64,000 bases of DNA, from positions 32,001 through 96,000 of IMG/VR virus record IMGVR_UViG_3300036893_000013; one strand, given 5' to 3'. Numbering within the stretch: position 1 is the first letter of the stretch; each line of letters starts with the position of its first letter. This DNA is from a virus. The translations under genes and the position numbers were made by a program. Below, piece by piece: positions 29,201 to 37,771 of the stretch. The notes beneath the pieces are model-generated. The model searched no databases. It saw only the letters and a list, made by a program, of their open reading frames with translations, and was not told the origin of the DNA.

Positions 29201-30511
29201 CTGACTTGAAACGGTTATATTTGCCAACTGCTGAATACTTTGAGTTGCAGAAGTAATGGTTGGCGTAAGAGTCGTGAACGTCGGGGCGTTCGTGATGTTG
29301 AAAACTTGGGAGAGCGAGGACCCGGTGTAGTTAGTCGCGATGATGACCAGTGTGTTTGAAGAAGTTTGTTGATACGCTGAAACTGTAACTCCGCTTTGCG
29401 GGTTGTGCGTAGCACTAATACGGTAGTAGCCGGGTCGAACGAATTTGCTGTACTGTGCTAATACGTAAGCCCTATCTGCAACCGCATATCCGCTTGCAGC
29501 ATTGGCTATAAGCGAGCCGTTGCTTGTTGTTCCTGCCCCTCCAGCCTGATTGAAGTCGATTAGCTGCCAGAAAAGCCACATGTTAGCTCCATCTTGCATC
29601 CGCTGATCGATGATCGCACCCCAACACAAACCGTCTGAAATCGTGGCGGTGAAGCTTGAATACGAACCGCACGCCGGACCATAGCTGGGACCTTGTGATG
29701 CTTCTGTTTCCCACCATTTCTTTCCGCTTGCCCAACCCGCAGGATAAGTGGCAGGACTTACTGGAGGTACTCCACCAGAAAGAAAAGCATCGTAATCGTG
29801 CCAATCTGCGACTCCAAGATAAGTCGTGCAGGAGGGGTCTGTACCGCAAGTTCCACCACTCGATGATACCGCACTGTACTGGTAAGAAGTGGGCATGAGG
29901 ATTAGTGCCGGGATGCTTTGGGAAGCGAAGGTCGGTCCTAGATTAGTTTTGATAAAAGTATCGATGTTTCCCGAAGACCATAAGGCACTGTCATACGTCT
30001 CGCATTCTTCAGGCTCGTTTTGGACTCCCATTCCGTATAACTGAATACCATAGTAGGTCGAGAGGCTTTTGTAGAAGTTTGCGCCCCAGATTGCGTAGTC
30101 GCCGTAATGTCCAGATGCAAGTGCTCCTGAACCGGGATTACATATTGTGCTGTTATTGGTGGTATATATGGCGGGCGGGGACCAAGGATGAGAGATAATT
30201 CTCACGTTTTGAGATGCAGCGTACTGCAAGTCGGCAATTACAGATCCAGCGCATCCAGAATTAACAGTCGTACAACTTTGGCCGGGACCATCCTGATGGC
30301 CATTAGTCTGCCCTATCCGCAAAACTGACAAACCGAGTTGCCCTGTTCCATTTCCGAAGAAAAATTGCTGGTGTGCATTAGACATGGAAGTAGTCCAGCC
30401 TTCGTTCGAACCACCGAAGCCATCGATTATCTGGGCTGGGGCAGTCCAGTTGATGGTGGCCTGTCCAGCAAGCGAGAGCGGAAAGAGCAGCAGAAGTATA
30501 AGTCTTTTCAT
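26294..30511 (-). CDS. Secreted multidomain glycosidase: GH30 (glucuronoxylanase-like) + InlB-B-like repeats + beta-helix-like domain + Fn3-associated domain
   Basis: Start MKRLILLLLFPLSLAG|Q at 30511; QIIDGFGGS, LGLSVLRI, PWSPPA, QNEPE (acid/base), WWETE (nucleophile), QYSKFVRPG; PGYAFSGWSG...FTANF repeats. Confidence 0.85.
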   Translation of the reverse strand: MKRLILLLLFPLSLAGQATINWTAPAQIIDGFGGSNEGWTTSMSNAHQQFFFGNGTGQLGLSVLRIGQTNGHQDGPGQSCTTVNSGCAGSVIADLQYAASQNVRIISHPWSPPAIYTTNNSTICNPGSGALASGHYGDYAIWGANFYKSLSTYYGIQLYGMGVQNEPEECETYDSALWSSGNIDTFIKTNLGPTFASQSIPALILMPTSYQYSAVSSSGGTCGTDPSCTTYLGVADWHDYDAFLSGGVPPVSPATYPAGWASGKKWWETEASQGPSYGPACGSYSSFTATISDGLCWGAIIDQRMQDGANMWLFWQLIDFNQAGGAGTTSNGSLIANAASGYAVADRAYVLAQYSKFVRPGYYRISATHNPQSGVTVSAYQQTSSNTLVIIATNYTGSSLSQVFNITNAPTFTTLTPTITSATQSIQQLANITVSSQSFTYTIPAQSITTFVSTGSTPTNYSLVVTATNGTISGANCATGTYASGTSIGPCTFTPSAGYTFSSGWSGTGSCSGVSGTGTASCTLSSNATLSASGTSTGCGNYTAASCNQSDVNSAINGPAHIACNGDIISIPAGTCTWTTDVVVTASIDITGPNAGANTGTSTFGSGSNTLTIKSNNPSGPIWFLQPTYNGTSNVTKLESMNLDPINGSTSLGGVVFIEGTSTSAGFPQVRVDNIGFGISTQWTESGNGDNTVDMIRVDDAIGVVDHSTLPTGSLSNHLYTAQMSSYLGVGQFGDNSWAQPDSFGGLTNWFAENNQVNLNGSTFNDCTEAGITVNQSGGCRVVNRFNHSIGYNAFAYTAVHGTDSTGRPRSGRHTETYGNVLTCTLNCGDAVVSFRGGTGIAFGNTGISSGGAYFNQIMDGTTYRIALANPFFGTCGGLTSIDPGDTVDNVTYVSSTLTGGGTTTITDTSKSWTTNQWAPYGAPYFFYDTTQSFGAQITSNTNNTLTMYAEINNGASYNPGDTYKIIRATVCEDQWGRGQGAYISGAAVPTPTAPMNEVLDPAYEWDDTITPASFLGQQFGTNYAGQTIQNRDFYTDDWKAGGLSGPTAQTSTTVPFNGSTTCNAGSGNYTCGVGFGALANRPSSCTTGVGYWATDQGNWNSSGNGFGQGELFKCTSTNTWTIAYIPAQYPHPLIGGSTLVSLTVSTSGSGTGTITGTNSLTGSYTSGTTIGPLTATATGGSTFAGWTVSGNAACSGTTNPCPSFVLTTATTVTATFTGGTSTCGNPYQNPPNYSGTYSTPPVSVSWTSPTSGCSMFMTLDGSAPTCSSPAYAAQSFSTTTTMRVIACQAGYTSSAVEGGTWVITSGVSLTTIASNGYITGTNCATASYVSGTLIGPCTPVANPGYAFSGWSGASGSAVCVGTINPCPQFSLNQASTFTANFSSVPLPPPIGLSGNLIAKQVQLK

Positions 30512-32541
30512 TATTGTAAAGCCACACTCACGTTGATGAAATTTTCCGTGGTCCCAGTCGTCCATGTTGGGGTATAGAGTCCCGCTGATGCCTGCGTATA
30601 ATGACCTCCCGCTTGGGTGGCTCCTGCCGAATTGGTTGCGTTTATATCGAACGAAAAAGGAGATGGAGCACTAAGAGCTACCCCAGCCCCTATTCCAATG
30701 AACGTGAGGACTAGAGAATTTGCTGCGGTAGTAGTAAGGGAAGAACCTGTACAACTGGACGAGCAGGAGGCCGTGCCGTAACTGGACAGCACGATCCCTG
30801 TTGTCGTGGCATTTGATATCTGTTCTAAGACTCCACCCATCCCAGCATAAGAAGTTGAGGTTCCTGATACTGTGACCGTACAAGAACCGGTGACATTTGC
30901 AACCCCTGTCCAGATTGACTGGCCCGAGGACCCGGTGGTTGGTGAACCCTGTGCAGTCCAAGTGGGTACACAACCTGAAGGCGTGTTCCATGCTGTAACG
31001 TTAATTCCAAGACCCCAAAGTACCAGCGTATTTCCAGTCGTGATTGATAATGTGACCGTGCTAGACGGATTTACACTGTAGGCTCCTACCACACCAGCAG
31101 CAGATACAAAAGTCGGATTACCGCCCCCTCCACCTGATCCTCCACCAAGCACAATCCAAGTTCCGGAAGACCCATTACAAGCAACGAAAGCAAAATTTGA
31201 TCCGCCACTAACATAAGTAGCACCAGAAATAGCGGATGTTGAATCTGTAACTGTTGCGGTGGGCCAAGGTTGAGACATGCTACTGCTACAAGTAGGAATA
31301 GGATTTGATGAGGCATTGCCAGCGGTGTATGATATGACACCGGGACCTGTACCAGCTATAACTACAGGAACATGGGCAGTCAGATCACCACTGTTGGTAA
31401 TATTGTAATCGAAGGGTAGATATGAAGTGGCTGTTGTAGCTGTAGCCGCCATAACTCCATACCCGGCAATTTGGCCGGTAATAGAACCTGCGGGAGTACA
31501 CCACGTACCGTTACCACACCAGACAGTTGAACCAGAGGCTCCGGTTCCCCCATTAAAATTAGCTATTTGTAGATTTCCTGTAACTCCACCAGCACCCGTC
31601 CCAGCTAGGTTAATTGCGGGAATAACCGAGGAGTTCAACAATCCACTTGAAAGCTGTGGAATGTCTGAGCCTGAATTACCGACAGTATAACTTGTTCCCC
31701 ACCCAGAACCAGTTGAGTTTGCAAGTCCGGCCCCGGGGTAGGTTGAAGAGGCGCAAGAAGAACAAGAAATACTAATACCTAAAGCAGTGGTGGTAATAGA
31801 AAGGGGAGAGTTGGCAGTAATATTTGTGCCTATATAGCTACCCAGATCATATAGTTGAGGAGCTATTAGACTTCCGGTAGGTTCTTCTCCTAGAAAATAA
31901 GCATGTCCAGTAGTGGTCTGGCCCGATACATAGGATGTAGTGTTAGCGCTGGACTGATAAGGAATAGAGCCTAAACTACCCCCAGCTAGTCCTCCGGCAT
32001 ATCCAGTGGTATTAGCACCATTGTTAGGGATATCTCCTGAAACTAAAGCTCCATAATTAGGAACACCGGCAGACCCAGTATGATTTCCCCATATATAATG
32101 AGCAGAAGTACTACCTAAAGAGAGGGTAACTCCTCCGACAGAATCATTATTAGTGTAAAAACTTCCATCGCCGGAAACCGAACTAACTCCGGAACCAGAA
32201 CCCCCTCCAGTATTACCAATCTGAACAATGGTATTGTTGCATTGACTATATGAAGAACAAACTTTCTCAACCACTCTTGTTCCGGTCTGAACGTAGTAAC
32301 TATATACTCCGAATGCATTAGCAGGAAAAGGTTGAGTTAAAGGAGCGGTAAGTGCCTGATCAGAATAAACTGTTTGCGGTGTAGAACATTGTGCCAGCGA
32401 ATTATATGTACAAACTGATATCTGAGCATTTGGGATAATAGTAGCATAGTTACCGCCAGATTTGGTTATAGCAGTATTCCATCTCTGGGCAGACTGGCCT
32501 AGAAGCATGGTAGGAAATAATAGCAGCAATAAGTATTTCAT
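30511..32541 (-). CDS. Signal-peptide-bearing tail fibre/spike-like protein A
   Basis: MKYLLLLLFPTMLLG|Q; tailspike-like particle-binding domain VYSDQALTAPLTQPFPANAFGVYSYYV; G/S/T-rich shaft motifs. Confidence 0.7.
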   Translation of the reverse strand: MKYLLLLLFPTMLLGQSAQRWNTAITKSGGNYATIIPNAQISVCTYNSLAQCSTPQTVYSDQALTAPLTQPFPANAFGVYSYYVQTGTRVVEKVCSSYSQCNNTIVQIGNTGGGSGSGVSSVSGDGSFYTNNDSVGGVTLSLGSTSAHYIWGNHTGSAGVPNYGALVSGDIPNNGANTTGYAGGLAGGSLGSIPYQSSANTTSYVSGQTTTGHAYFLGEEPTGSLIAPQLYDLGSYIGTNITANSPLSITTTALGISISCSSCASSTYPGAGLANSTGSGWGTSYTVGNSGSDIPQLSSGLLNSSVIPAINLAGTGAGGVTGNLQIANFNGGTGASGSTVWCGNGTWCTPAGSITGQIAGYGVMAATATTATSYLPFDYNITNSGDLTAHVPVVIAGTGPGVISYTAGNASSNPIPTCSSSMSQPWPTATVTDSTSAISGATYVSGGSNFAFVACNGSSGTWIVLGGGSGGGGGNPTFVSAAGVVGAYSVNPSSTVTLSITTGNTLVLWGLGINVTAWNTPSGCVPTWTAQGSPTTGSSGQSIWTGVANVTGSCTVTVSGTSTSYAGMGGVLEQISNATTTGIVLSSYGTASCSSSCTGSSLTTTAANSLVLTFIGIGAGVALSAPSPFSFDINATNSAGATQAGGHYTQASAGLYTPTWTTGTTENFINVSVALQ

Positions 32542-34346
32542 TAGTTTCCTAGATACTCCAGCTTATAGTGAACATCGTAACTTATGGTTCCGCTGGCCGT
32601 TACTAACGGAGTAATAGTAGTATTTACGGCTGCGTAGAAGACGGCACTGTACTGGTCCCACGCAGGAGCACTGGACCAGATATCGTTCCAAGTAAAGGTG
32701 TTGCCCGAAGTATGGGCATTTTGATAAGTAACTGTTAAAGTAGTATGGGGCGAACTAGTTTCACTAACCGCATTTACATAATATGTAAACCGATACATAC
32801 CTGCTACGGGGGTGGCGTAGCCGGAGGGAGCATAAGTAGTTGTCTGAGCGGTAGCAGATAAAGATTGCACTATAGAAGAACTTGTGTATTGACTTATTGG
32901 AAAACCAACATAACTGCTGCCGTTCCAATAACATAGATTTATTTGATTTGAGAAGGTTCCACCACCAACACTGCAATCAGTTGGAGTTTGACCGTCTGAT
33001 ACGAAACTTACCGATTGGTAAGCTGATCCCGGATTTGGTAGTCCCGCTATGTTTGTAATATAATTTAGGTTCGGCCAGTTAGGACTTATACCTAATGTAT
33101 TTAGTGTAGAATTGTAATATAATGGGGGTTGAACTAGTAAATTTGAACTGCTTGGGGGAGCAGTTCCTGTATAATGAACTTCAAGACCCATTAGGGGAAT
33201 ATATATACTGCCCTGTCCATTACAGCAGCGGGAGGCATTCATTTGAATAGCTGAATAGTTTGTAGGTAGGGCACTAAAAGCAACAGAAACTTGCCCCAAC
33301 GGATAGTCTAGAGCAGGCTGTGAAGCTCCATTAACTCCTTGAAGCATAGAAGCTCCACCGGGGATGGTTCCGCCACCAGCACTATTTACCCACATACCCT
33401 CGAATTCGGAGTTTGCCATGCTAGAGGCTGATATCATAAAAGCATATACAGCCGTTATGTTAGATTGAGTAACATAAGAAGGTAATGTAAAATTCGATAC
33501 CGTAATACCAGAACTCCCTGTACCGTCTACAAGTCCTCCAAAATATTGTCCAGCAGCATTCTGATAGCAAATAGGATTCGCACCTATACCAGTGTTGGTA
33601 ATTGTACAACTTGTTCCAAATACTAGCACGTACTGGCCTGTACCTTGTGGTACATATTGGGTAGCTAAGTTGGAAGCTGCTACATATGCACTTAAATCTC
33701 CTCCACTATCGCTTTGGAAAGTTACAGCTACATTTCCTGTTGGAGGGGTTGGGGTAGTATCATTAAAGTTCAGCAGGACTTGATCTGTAAGATTGGTTCC
33801 ATTATGCTGTAAAACAAGTTGTTTAGCGCACCCGGAAGTAGTAGCTCCTCCTAAAGAATCTATACAGAGAAGAGAACCAGAAGAACCTATAGTCCCAGAT
33901 GAGAGTAGTTTACTGTCAGTTCCTTGAACACTATAGCTACTTCCCCAAGCTGTACCTGTAGAAACGGGAACTCCCGCTGGGGGATAGACCATACTTCCAT
34001 TTCCGGTATTGCCTATATAAACATCGTAAAAACTACATTGATTATATGGCGCACATACTTGCTCAACTACATGAGTTCCGCCATCGACATAATAGCTATA
34101 TACCCCTACTCCATTTGCAGTAAGAGGTTGAGTAATTCCTTGGGTCAAAGCCGGGTCAGAATATATAGAAATTTGACTTATACAATTAAGAGAAGAGTTC
34201 CATTCACAAACTGTAATTTCTGCGTTGGGAATAACAGTAGAAAAATTACTGCCTGAAGCAGGTACCGTTGCTGTACTCCATCTCTGGGCAGACTGACAAA
34301 TTCCGGAAAGTGGAAAAAGTAGAAACAACAGCAAAAGCTTATTCAT
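32541..34346 (-). CDS. Signal-peptide-bearing tail fibre/spike-like protein B
   Basis: MNKLLLLFLLFPLSGIC|Q; same N-terminal domain as 30511-32541 (IYSDPALTQGITQPLTANGVGVYSYYV), different C-terminus. Confidence 0.7.
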   Translation of the reverse strand: MNKLLLLFLLFPLSGICQSAQRWSTATVPASGSNFSTVIPNAEITVCEWNSSLNCISQISIYSDPALTQGITQPLTANGVGVYSYYVDGGTHVVEQVCAPYNQCSFYDVYIGNTGNGSMVYPPAGVPVSTGTAWGSSYSVQGTDSKLLSSGTIGSSGSLLCIDSLGGATTSGCAKQLVLQHNGTNLTDQVLLNFNDTTPTPPTGNVAVTFQSDSGGDLSAYVAASNLATQYVPQGTGQYVLVFGTSCTITNTGIGANPICYQNAAGQYFGGLVDGTGSSGITVSNFTLPSYVTQSNITAVYAFMISASSMANSEFEGMWVNSAGGGTIPGGASMLQGVNGASQPALDYPLGQVSVAFSALPTNYSAIQMNASRCCNGQGSIYIPLMGLEVHYTGTAPPSSSNLLVQPPLYYNSTLNTLGISPNWPNLNYITNIAGLPNPGSAYQSVSFVSDGQTPTDCSVGGGTFSNQINLCYWNGSSYVGFPISQYTSSSIVQSLSATAQTTTYAPSGYATPVAGMYRFTYYVNAVSETSSPHTTLTVTYQNAHTSGNTFTWNDIWSSAPAWDQYSAVFYAAVNTTITPLVTASGTISYDVHYKLEYLGN

Positions 34347-34638
34347 TCTTTTTACCCTTAAGGATGTTTAATATATCAGTAATACTGCCCGATGCCCTGT
34401 TAACTCCATAAGGAGCAGTAAAGAAAAGAACCAGCGCAGAAATTATTAAAGGAATTGCCGCTAACCATGAGTTGAGTATAACCACATCCGTGATTTTTAT
34501 TATGTGATCAAATACTTCTATAAGGATATAAGATGAAACTATAGCAAGAATTGTACTTAGGACACGACTACTCGATCCATTTCCGTTATCTGAATACACA
34601 GATTGGAAAAAAGCACAGAATTTACTTAGAAAGTTCAT
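34339..34638 (-). CDS. Holin-like two-TM membrane protein
   Basis: SSSRV followed by two hydrophobic helices, basic C-terminus. Confidence 0.55.
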   Translation of the reverse strand: MNFLSKFCAFFQSVYSDNGNGSSSRVLSTILAIVSSYILIEVFDHIIKITDVVILNSWLAAIPLIISALVLFFTAPYGVNRASGSITDILNILKGKKNE

Positions 34639-34646
34639 AAATTTCC

Positions 34647-35912
34647 TTACGGTAGCGTGACTGTTTGCGCGGGAATGGTAACTGTAATGGGACTTCCGCT
34701 CGTCTGAATTGTCAGTGTTTGGGCTGGAATACTTAAACTGGCGGGTAGGGTTACTGGAATGTTGATCGTGTAGGACACTATCGAGGTTGATGATTCGGTG
34801 TCGCCGGGTGCCGTTGCATAAGCTGCGATGCTTTCGTTCTGACCTACTGTAAGCGGCTTGGTATAGATCGTCTCTGCTGCGCCGTTGACACTGTAATAGA
34901 TGGTTGCGCCGGGAGTTGTGTCCGAAATAGTGACTGTTTGTGCCAAAGTGTAAGTGCCCGGTCCCGGTAAAAAAGTCGGTGTATCAACCGTTGGTGCAGG
35001 GGCTGCAACAGAACCCGTTGTATAACTGAATTGACGGATGACAAGAGGGGTAACGGCTCCGTAAGGAGTATCCGAAGTGCCTGCTGTTAATCCGGCATAA
35101 GCTGTACTTCCACCTACCAACGAAGGAATGTTTACGTTGGACCAAGTGTACGTAAAACATCCAGACCCGGGGCACGATCCACCAGCACTTACATCGTAGA
35201 GATTAAGCGTTACATTTGAGCCGTCGTAGCTAATAGTTGCTGAATAGGTGTCCCCTGTACTTGTATCACTTGAGGATACAGGAGAATTCAAAGAAACAGG
35301 AGCGGTGCTGATTTTGCTTAGAGCGTAATCAGTAGAGACTGGAGCGGGGATACACGGCGATTGATTACTTGAGTAGATTTGTGTGCTACTGTGACTAAAC
35401 ACAAAAGGATACGGAGCACTTGCTGATAGGGTGCTGGCAGAGTCTAGTTCAAGAGCAAATACATTATTTGGCTCTGGGTTAGGTGGTGTTTCCTGATATC
35501 CGAATGCCTGATAAAATCCCGCTTCGCATCCTGCTCCAGCCGTGAAGGTTCCACCCTCTGCTGAATTTGTACCCGGCTGATTATTCGTGTTATTCAGAAG
35601 AAAAGCCACGTTAGCCCCATCTGGAATAAACTCAAAGCTGGCAACGAAATTGTTGACAGGTAGGGGTTTCTGGTATATAAGTGAAGTCGATCCATGACCA
35701 GACGGCAGTCCAACCATAGTCAAAGCTGATCCAGATATACCTGAATTGTTCTGTGGTGAATTTAGATAGAAGGGAAAGTTTCCAAACCCACCTTGTACAC
35801 TAACAGCACAAACTGCTGCGGGGACTGTATTAAAGCCAGAACAATTAAACCCGGTCTGACCATACACATACACAGGAAGAGATAGTATAAAAAGTAGTAT
35901 AAAATTTTTCAT
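34647..35912 (-). CDS. Secreted legume-lectin-like protein with Fn3-associated domain (paralog of 19667-20884)
   Basis: MKNFILLFILSLPVYVYG|Q; shared AGAGCE.GFYQAF, PEPNNVFALELD, TGDTYSAT..YDGSN; TPTFLPGPGTYTLAQTVTISDTTPGATIYY. Confidence 0.78.
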   Translation of the reverse strand: MKNFILLFILSLPVYVYGQTGFNCSGFNTVPAAVCAVSVQGGFGNFPFYLNSPQNNSGISGSALTMVGLPSGHGSTSLIYQKPLPVNNFVASFEFIPDGANVAFLLNNTNNQPGTNSAEGGTFTAGAGCEAGFYQAFGYQETPPNPEPNNVFALELDSASTLSASAPYPFVFSHSSTQIYSSNQSPCIPAPVSTDYALSKISTAPVSLNSPVSSSDTSTGDTYSATISYDGSNVTLNLYDVSAGGSCPGSGCFTYTWSNVNIPSLVGGSTAYAGLTAGTSDTPYGAVTPLVIRQFSYTTGSVAAPAPTVDTPTFLPGPGTYTLAQTVTISDTTPGATIYYSVNGAAETIYTKPLTVGQNESIAAYATAPGDTESSTSIVSYTINIPVTLPASLSIPAQTLTIQTSGSPITVTIPAQTVTLP

Positions 35913-36647
35913 TTAGCTTCCGCTACGACCTTGACGACCAATTGCTCCGGTCTGGGACACAGATTGTGTTTCTCGTTGATAAATCAAATGTGGAAATAGA
36001 AAGATATTTTTCTGAGTTTCAGAAAGTCCTTCAGAGGCAGCAATAACTTGTTTAAGAAACTCCTGATGAGCAAAGGCAAATCTTTCATCGCCTTTATATT
36101 CATATGTTTTGGCTAAGTAGCCTTGGTTATATATATAAGAATAATAATCGGGAATGGGCGACCAAGTATCAAAAACAGTACCGAAAGTTGGAGACGATTG
36201 TTGATATAAGATATTTAGAACATAGGCTTTATCAGGTACAGGCATCAATCTGAAAGTAATATTGCCGTTGTTATCGTCAAATACTGGTGAGATATAGGCA
36301 GGTTGTCCTAACCTAGTTTCACCGACTAACGCCATGTTAACTTCAAGCTCTTTGGAATAAAGGACTTGGTTGCCATCGGTATTAGGAGGAAATACTATGG
36401 TAGCTTTTTCAATCCAGCCAAAATTAGATACAGTAACTTGATAGTCAGAAGTACCCGGTTCACAAACTATAGGAGGTACTGCTGCTCTATTCCAACGCCA
36501 AGCGAAGGGGGGAGCTAACATAAATTGACGTACCCAATCGCCTATTGAATACGCCAATGCCCCACTATTCACGTAGAGTAGAGGGGCATTATAGATAAAC
36601 CGAGAAGTAATATCTATCGTTGTTTTTAACTGGATCGAGGATGACAT
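35913..36647 (-). CDS. Head-tail adaptor/ring protein, paralog 2
   Basis: AWRWNR, GTSDY, FRLMPVPDKAY.L...YQ, WSPIPD. Confidence 0.65.
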   Translation of the reverse strand: MSSSIQLKTTIDITSRFIYNAPLLYVNSGALAYSIGDWVRQFMLAPPFAWRWNRAAVPPIVCEPGTSDYQVTVSNFGWIEKATIVFPPNTDGNQVLYSKELEVNMALVGETRLGQPAYISPVFDDNNGNITFRLMPVPDKAYVLNILYQQSSPTFGTVFDTWSPIPDYYSYIYNQGYLAKTYEYKGDERFAFAHQEFLKQVIAASEGLSETQKNIFLFPHLIYQRETQSVSQTGAIGRQGRSGS

Positions 36648-36686
36648 TCTAATCTCTAGAGTTGCACCAATCCGGCCAATCTCGGG

Positions 36687-37193
36687 CTAATTGTTTTTCT
36701 TAAAAAGTAAGGCTTCTAATTGTTCCATAGGCATCTCATATAACTCTTCAGTAGTGTAGCCTTTAAGACCAAAGTCGGTATAAGAGGTTTTAGTTTTTTC
36801 TGGTTCTTTTTTAGCAGGTTTGAGAAAGTTGAATATTTCTGCTAGAATTCGATCTTTCTCTTCCGGAGTTTGCCTAGCTAGCTGTCTAATAAGCTTTTCG
36901 CCGTTGGGAAGATGGTCTAAGAACTGCCCTGACTCGGGCATCTTTTCGAAGTATGCTATGTTTTCAAAATAGTATTTGTCGGCAGGATCAATATTAGAAA
37001 TTAATTTAAGGCAGTAAGGACAAACTCCTACAATCTCTCCCGTAGGTAACTTCAAACAGTGGAAGGCGCGTTTAGGCGAATCCGCTGTAGGTTCAGATTG
37101 TCTATGTAAACACTCTTTTTGTCTTGCTTGACGTAGCTTTATCTTATGAATTTCTATATCCCGAATACCATCGCGGAGACTTTTTTCGTTCAT
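36687..37193 (-). CDS. Hypothetical Cys/His (Zn-binding?) protein
   Basis: CLH...AFHCLKLPTGEIVGVCPYC; tandem paralog of the next gene. Confidence 0.65.
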   Translation of the reverse strand: MNEKSLRDGIRDIEIHKIKLRQARQKECLHRQSEPTADSPKRAFHCLKLPTGEIVGVCPYCLKLISNIDPADKYYFENIAYFEKMPESGQFLDHLPNGEKLIRQLARQTPEEKDRILAEIFNFLKPAKKEPEKTKTSYTDFGLKGYTTEELYEMPMEQLEALLFKKNN

Positions 37194-37756
37194 TAGATCA
37201 ATTCATCCTCAAAATCTTCTAAAAGGGGAGCTTCTTTTTCAGCCTTTTCTCTGGCTGCTATAACTCTAGCTCTTTCGTCAGGACTTAACCTAGCCAGTTG
37301 CGCTTTGATTGGATCAGCCATAATAAACTGTCCTGATTCAGCTATCGCACCACTCCGTTTACGGAAGTATTTAGTATCTTCTGGATTAACTGAAGAAATG
37401 ACTTTGAAGCAGTAAGTGCAGATTCCGATTAGTTCACCGGTACAGAGTTTGAGACAGTGAAAAGCAGCTTTACCATTTCTGTCAGTGCCATTTTGTCCTT
37501 GCTCGTGTTCGCAAAATCTCTGAGTTCGCTTACGGTTCTTGAGTTTGTTGATTTCGATACTACGCTGGACTTGTCTTTGTTCTTCCGTAAACTGTTGTTG
37601 TTCTGGACTTTTATAAGTAGGAGATAGCTTTTCAAAAGCTTCAGCTAATGTCTTGGCATTGTCCTTGTTCATCATTGTAAGAAGATTAACAAGGTCTGCT
37701 CCAGTTAATGTAATAGGAGCGTTTAAATCAATTTCTTTCTTTTCTTCCTTTGGCAT
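37193..37756 (-). CDS. Hypothetical Cys/His (Zn-binding?) protein
   Basis: CEH...AFHCLKLCTGELIGICTYC. Confidence 0.7.
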   Translation of the reverse strand: MPKEEKKEIDLNAPITLTGADLVNLLTMMNKDNAKTLAEAFEKLSPTYKSPEQQQFTEEQRQVQRSIEINKLKNRKRTQRFCEHEQGQNGTDRNGKAAFHCLKLCTGELIGICTYCFKVISSVNPEDTKYFRKRSGAIAESGQFIMADPIKAQLARLSPDERARVIAAREKAEKEAPLLEDFEDELI

Positions 37757-37771
37757 GAACGGAATACCCCG

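Noticed and set aside
19667-35912. Host chromosomal island or chimeric assembly
   Set aside because: The genes are coupled to and interleaved with adaptor, holin-like and nozzle genes, and several carry phage fibre motifs
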